The notes under the pieces are model-generated. The model was not told the origin of the DNA, did no database searches, and was given only the letters and a program-made list of their open reading frames with translations. 64,000 nt of DNA from Marsupella aquatica (taxonomy: Eukaryota; Plantae; Marchantiophyta): positions 30,386,932-30,450,931 of the forward strand of contig OZ316892.1 in the NCBI GenBank assembly GCA_973895155.1, read 5' to 3'. Both the position numbers and the translations under genes were made by a program. Shown in pieces: positions 61,592 to 64,000 of this stretch. Numbering within the stretch: the first letter of the stretch is position 1; each line of letters begins with the position of its first letter.

Positions 61592-64000
61592 ATGGGGATT
61601 TTCTTTCGAGGGGACAAGGTTTTCCTCGTAATCGACGGAGTGGAAGTTGCTTGCGGGACCGTCCTCAAGGTTGACCCGGGTGACTCAGTGCGTAATGTTG
61701 ATATGGGAAGTAATCGTATAGGAGTTCTCATTGAGAAGTGCTATGAGGGATCACGGGAAATTCCTTACCCTTTGCCGCCGATCAGGACCCTCATTGATGC
61801 TGTCGACTTCTGCATTATTTGGGATGCCTGTTTTGCATATTTGAAGTCACAGTCAACTCCAGCGACAACACAAATGGATGCCTCTTGTTTTACAAAGGAT
61901 ACGGTTCCCGGTTTTGTACCAGACAAATCTTCGGTGGGAAGTTTTGGAGACTCGATTATATCTGGTGATGAAGTTGAGCTCTGGATCGGCAATCAGATTG
62001 TGGCTCGTGGATTTGTGTTCAAGACGAATCCCAATGAGACCTGTCACAATGAAAGACTTGGCACTTCTAGGATTAGTGTGAAAATATGTGAAGTTTTCAA
62101 GGAAGGGAGAGGTTACCCTTTCCTCACAATGGAGCCGATACCGTTCAGGAAGCATTGGACACTTTTGTATTCTGGAATTTAAAGGATGTTACTCGGAGGA
62201 GTTCTTCCCAGGATATGCTAAACAACCTATCCACACGGGATGTTTTTTCAAATTATAATTTCAAGGATTATAGTTTGCGTTCTAATTGGATGACCGAGGA
62301 GGTGGAATTGTATGCTGAGGATAATCGGACCAAAGTGGGGGTTGGCATCATCACAGTTCCTTTCAAGTCAGGTGCAATTGATGATGATGTTCTTGGACCA
62401 GATCACGTTGGGGTTGCTATCACACGCGTGATTGACCCTCTATTTTTCCCAAATATCTCCCCAGGAGTGCCTGGTCTTGTTAGGTGGGTCGTCCGTTCAC
62501 TTCTACTGATATCAAGGGGTATTTTTCTTCTGGATCTCATTGAAGAGGTTTCTCCAAAACCAATTATTGATGGTCGAGATCATCTAGAGGTAGATATGAA
62601 AGGTGACACTGAGTTTTCGAAGCGCCCGTATAATTTCATCAAGAGAACGAAGGTCAACCCAGATGAAAAAAAGGAAGAAGCACTTGGAGTCTCGGGCGAT
62701 ACTGAAAATCACAGAGGAGGAAATCGACTCCATCCAAAGAGAAGGTTGTTGTAAGTTGAAGTGTTGCCTCAGCATGCCGAGAGAAGACCTACAGGCGATA
62801 AGGAGGGAATACCATGGGATGTCAAGCGACAACAAAACCAGTCACATTCTCACTCTTTTTGGCTGTAGGGAGAAGGAAGTGGAGACAAAAGGATATTTTG
62901 TTGTAAGAAGTAGACTTGTTTGCAAGGGTGCATTTATTAAAATGCATGGATTCAGCACTGCCAAGTATTATGATTACAAAAATCAATATGAAGCAGGTTG
63001 CACGGTTGGATTCCACGGAAACAAGGGTTCACACAAGACACGGGGAAGCACCTTGCATGCTCGTGCTTTGTTGGAGTCCATTCTAACCCAAAACGGAGAA
63101 CCCATGCCGCATCTTCCCTATGGAGGGTCTCACGGGACTGACACGGTTGAGTACAGACTTCCATCTTGTTTCACGAAGAAAGAGATTTTTGAGGAGGTAT
63201 ACTCAAAAATGGAATTAGATGGCTACGTGAAGGTGAGTGAAAACACTATGTATAAACTCTGGAGTGAGTCCTTCATGAATTTTGACTTTCACAAGGGAAG
63301 TGCATTTGCAAAGTGTACACTTTGCACTGAGTTCAAAGATCAGTTGATGCGGGAGAAGAGAAAGAAAGAGCGTTTGGAGATTGAGGAAAGAAGAGCTCGC
63401 CATCTTCGTGAGCAAATGTCTAGGAGATATGTTTACTATGCTCATAGGGTTCTTGCGAAGAAGGATCCTGAGAACTATCTTTGCATTATACATGACAAGA
63501 TGGACCAGGCCAAGACATGGATCCCTAGGTTGGTCTCCACTCCTAAATCATTGTCTGGTAGTGGTCAACCGCTCCCCATTGCGCTCACTGGGATGTTGAC
63601 CCATGGAAGGGATCCCGGAGTGTATGCTCACTTCAGTTTCACTGGGCTTTGGCCGGGAGATGCAGACTTCACAGTGACATCATTGGCCAAGTGCCTTAGA
63701 GATCTGGAGGATTACAAGGGGGACAAATCTGGAGACCTCCTTGAAGGATTATATTGGGCTGCAACGAGACCGATTTTTCAATCTCTTTTGGACTTTGAAG
63801 CATTTCTCGCAGGTTACTTAGAACCCAAAAAAGTCTCAATTGCTAGATTTCAAGGAGCTGAAGATGACCAAGACTACTTTGGTGTTGATCCCAAGGCTAC
63901 ATCTACCTCTTTCAAACCATTGCCAAGGCACCTGACCTTGCAAATGGATAATTCAGGGAAAGATAACAAAAACCAGTACGTGATGGCATTTTGCAGTGAG
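61592..64000 (+). pseudogene. DUF7869/Sola-like DDE transposase with three N-terminal Tnp1/En-Spm-like repeats; frameshifted, runs off the window
   Basis: Hand translation gives GCCKLKCC, LVCKGAFIKMHG, MPH..RLPSCFTKK, FAKCTLC, YLCIIHDKMDQAKT.IP, LTGMLTHG and LTLQMDNSGKDNKNQYVMAF. Confidence 0.75.

Larger units (their letters stand above)
36936..64000. mobile_element. Element B: DUF7869/Sola-like transposon with ParB-MTase-like and FCP1-like genes, carrying two nested insertions
   Basis: Homology between the unclassified copies breaks at 36935. The CTCGAGA-N3-TCTCGAG motif occurs at 37.4-37.65 kb and 50.2-62.6 kb but not inside the nested inserts. A transposase-like gene starts at 61592. Confidence 0.7.

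Overview
This is land-plant nuclear DNA, based on GT-AG introns, a plant eL20/L18a fragment and TTTAGGG repeats; a non-seed lineage is my guess only. The window is essentially all nested transposons, with no intact host gene. Bases 1-17852 are the end of a large CACTA/En-Spm element carrying TnpD- and TnpA-like genes plus cargo: a tandem Pol-lambda-type BRCT ORF, an EDM2-type PHD ORF and an RPL18A exon. The rest is a nested stack of four DNA-transposon-like elements, labelled A (17853-~25110), C (~25111-~33091), B (~36936->64000) and D (37950-49401). It also holds two solo LTRs and two copies of an unclassified ~4-4.7 kb element. Each of A-D carries a large gene ending in a beta-class N4C/N6A DNA-methyltransferase-like domain that lacks the catalytic DPPY-type motif. 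In A, B and D this gene also has a ParB/Srx-like N-terminal domain; the 5' part of C is cut off. Each element is also studded with its own palindromic motif, confined to that element and mostly in introns and intergenic DNA. D has a Mutator-type transposase and B a DUF7869/Sola-like one, both head-to-head with the ParB-MTase gene. My main hypothesis (inference) is a transposon-borne ParB/parS-like self-recognition system, possibly anti-silencing, shared across transposase superfamilies. All domain calls are by eye from motifs and need HMM or structure confirmation, and most copies are decayed.
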